Shown: piece by piece, positions 62,084 to 64,000 of the stretch
Layout of the letters: each line of letters begins with the position of its first letter
Numbering within the stretch: position 1 is the stretch's first letter
Assembly: GCF_026210795.1 (NCBI RefSeq)
Contig: NC_089435.1
Span: 2,356,001-2,420,000 of the forward strand
Reading direction: 5' to 3'
DNA from: Rhizophagus irregularis
Taxonomy: Eukaryota
Length of the DNA: 64,000 nt
Made by a program: the position numbers and the translations under genes
Notes under the pieces: generated by a model
The model's database searches: none
The model's input: the letters and a program-made list of their open reading frames with translations, nothing else
Told to the model about the DNA's origin: nothing

Positions 62084-62323
62084 ATGGAACAAGTGGTAAG
62101 AAATACAAATCATAAAATAAAGGATATAATCGAAAATTTAGAAGGTATAACAAAGGAATTAAACAGGATAAATTATAACTATAAATTCAAAGCCAAAAAT
62201 TTTGAAGATAGTGAAGAAAGACCATTAATATTGGAAACTCAAGGGGAAATATTACAAATAGAGGTGATATTAAGTAAAGTAAACAAGCTAAAATTATCAG
62301 AATTATGTAAAAATGGGACCTAA
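62084..62323 (+). CDS. Small helical/coiled-coil-like ORF (79 aa) inside the retrotransposon
   Basis: AAAAATGG start context; same A-rich codon style as gag and pol; overlaps the next ORF by 11 nt. Confidence 0.5.
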   Translation: MEQVVRNTNHKIKDIIENLEGITKELNRINYNYKFKAKNFEDSEERPLILETQGEILQIEVILSKVNKLKLSELCKNGT

Positions 62324-64000
62324 AATAATAATCATATGTGGAGTTGATGGTACTGGAAAAACATTCATTGTAAATAAACTTATAAAAGAATTTGAAAAAG
62401 TAGGACAAAGTGTGAGGTTTAACACCTTTAAAAGGAAAAGAGAGGACAATGATAAGTATAAATTACCAAAGAAAGGTATAGAATGGGAATTCAGGAAGGA
62501 AGTTGTTGAACAAATCAACAGGAGAATGGAAGAACATGATAATGAGGATTGGTTAATATTAGATAAAAGTCCCTATAGTGAGTACTTTTATCAACAAACA
62601 CCATCATTCGACAGAGGATACATAACAAGATATGAGAACCACCTATTAGAAAAGGAAGTATTTAGGAACAAAAGGATAATTGATGAATCAATAGTGATAT
62701 TTTTAGAAAATGAAAAATGTTGGGAAAATTACAAAGGTAGAGAATATTCGAAAAAGGATCAAGGACATAAAACATCATATCCATTATTAGATGAAGAAAG
62801 ATATATGGAGATGGTGAAATCATTTAAAGAATGTCAAGATATTTACAAAGGAGAAAAATATGCTAATATTAAAATATCAAATAATGACACAGATTGGGAA
62901 AGAGTATATAATAAAATAATAGAATTAGATGGAGATAAACCACCAATAGAGGTTAAAAATGTTGAGATTAAGGATAACATCAGGGTAACTGATGGTAAAA
63001 AGCATATTGAGAAAAATGGTAAAAACATCAGAATAATAGAAGATTTTGAAAAGATGGGAGCACTATATTTAGCTCACAGTCATGAATTATCGGCACATAT
63101 GGGAATCAAAAGTACTTATGATAATTTAAAAGATAAATATTATTGGGAAAATATGCTGAATGACGTTGAAAGATATGTAAGGACATGTGATGAATGTCAA
63201 AGAAGAGGAAAACCACAAGGGAAAAATGAATTACACCCAATTAAAGTAGTAGAACCATGGTATCAAATCGGGATTGACTTTGTTGGACCATTGAACACAA
63301 CAACAAATGGTAATAAATACATCATAGTTGCAATGGATTATTTTACAAAATGGCCAGAAGCCAAAGCAGTAAAAGAAGCAACTGCCAAAGAAGTATCAAA
63401 ATTTATTTATGAAGACATCATTTGTAGACATGGATGTCCAATGAAAATATTGAGTGATAGAGGAAGTCATTTCAATAATGAAATGATTAAGGAATTAATG
63501 GAAAAATTTAAAATTAAATGGAATTTTTCTACAAGTTATCATCCAGAGACAAACGGACTTGTTGAAAGATTCAACCGAACATTAGGTCAAGCATTAGCAA
63601 AATTATCAACCAAAGATGATTGGGATCAAAGGATAGCACCCATATTATTTGCTTACCGAAATAAAAAGCATAGTTCAACGAGAATTCGACCATTTTATTT
63701 AACATACGGAAGAAATGTACGGACAATAATGGATGAAAATATCAAAGAAATTAACCTAAACGATAGAATAGTTGGATTATTAGAAGAACTACCAAAAATC
63801 CGACATGAAGCCAAAGAACAAATACTGAAATCTCAAACAAAACAAAAAGAGTATCATGACAGAAAAATAAGCAAAGAACACACCTTTGGAATTGGAGATA
63901 AAATACTACTCTATGATAAAGCCAAAGCACAACAACTATCGGGAAAATTAGAATCAAAATGGTTGGGACCATTTTACATTCATGAAATACTACCGAATGG
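62313..64000 (+). CDS. Thymidylate-kinase-like P-loop domain fused to integrase (partial, at least 562 aa)
   Basis: Manual translation is open to the window end: MGPKIIIICGVDGTGKT, LILDKSPYS, IVIFL, then HSHELSAHMG..CDEC, GIDFVGP, MDYFTKW, SDRG, NGLVERFN, KWLGPF. Confidence 0.88.
   Translation, partial: MGPKIIIICGVDGTGKTFIVNKLIKEFEKVGQSVRFNTFKRKREDNDKYKLPKKGIEWEFRKEVVEQINRRMEEHDNEDWLILDKSPYSEYFYQQTPSFDRGYITRYENHLLEKEVFRNKRIIDESIVIFLENEKCWENYKGREYSKKDQGHKTSYPLLDEERYMEMVKSFKECQDIYKGEKYANIKISNNDTDWERVYNKIIELDGDKPPIEVKNVEIKDNIRVTDGKKHIEKNGKNIRIIEDFEKMGALYLAHSHELSAHMGIKSTYDNLKDKYYWENMLNDVERYVRTCDECQRRGKPQGKNELHPIKVVEPWYQIGIDFVGPLNTTTNGNKYIIVAMDYFTKWPEAKAVKEATAKEVSKFIYEDIICRHGCPMKILSDRGSHFNNEMIKELMEKFKIKWNFSTSYHPETNGLVERFNRTLGQALAKLSTKDDWDQRIAPILFAYRNKKHSSTRIRPFYLTYGRNVRTIMDENIKEINLNDRIVGLLEELPKIRHEAKEQILKSQTKQKEYHDRKISKEHTFGIGDKILLYDKAKAQQLSGKLESKWLGPFYIHEILPN

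Larger units (their letters stand above)
54510..64000 (+). mobile_element. Ty3/Gypsy LTR retrotransposon, 3' part beyond the window
   Basis: 5' LTR, PBS, gag, and PR-RT-RH-IN domain order. Confidence 0.95.

Noticed and set aside
56290..63972. Numerous minus-strand ORFs within the Gypsy element
   Set aside because: Expected antisense frames of A-rich coding sequence; no motifs and no env-like ORF

Overview
AT-rich, intron-containing eukaryotic DNA. The gene and transposon families look like an arbuscular mycorrhizal fungus (Rhizophagus-like); this is an inference from family resemblance. Host-type genes: a secreted SP7-like Kex2-repeat protein, a multi-exon TRP-like channel gene with one frameshift, a TKL kinase pseudogene, and four intronless Asn/Gln-rich paralogs in duplicated cassettes. 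Mobile DNA: a hAT transposon, a decayed Tc1 element, a CMC/CACTA-like element, several MITEs with readable TIRs/TSDs, a LINE 3' fragment, a solo LTR, a TSD-flanked single-ORF retro-insertion, and a Ty3/Gypsy element running off the right edge. The Gypsy element is the most unusual object. It has a 1195-aa Gag with repeated zinc-ribbon modules, an in-frame UGA-CUA Gag/protease junction and a split pol. A separate ORF (62313 to window end, missing from the ORF track) fuses a thymidylate-kinase-like P-loop domain to the integrase.
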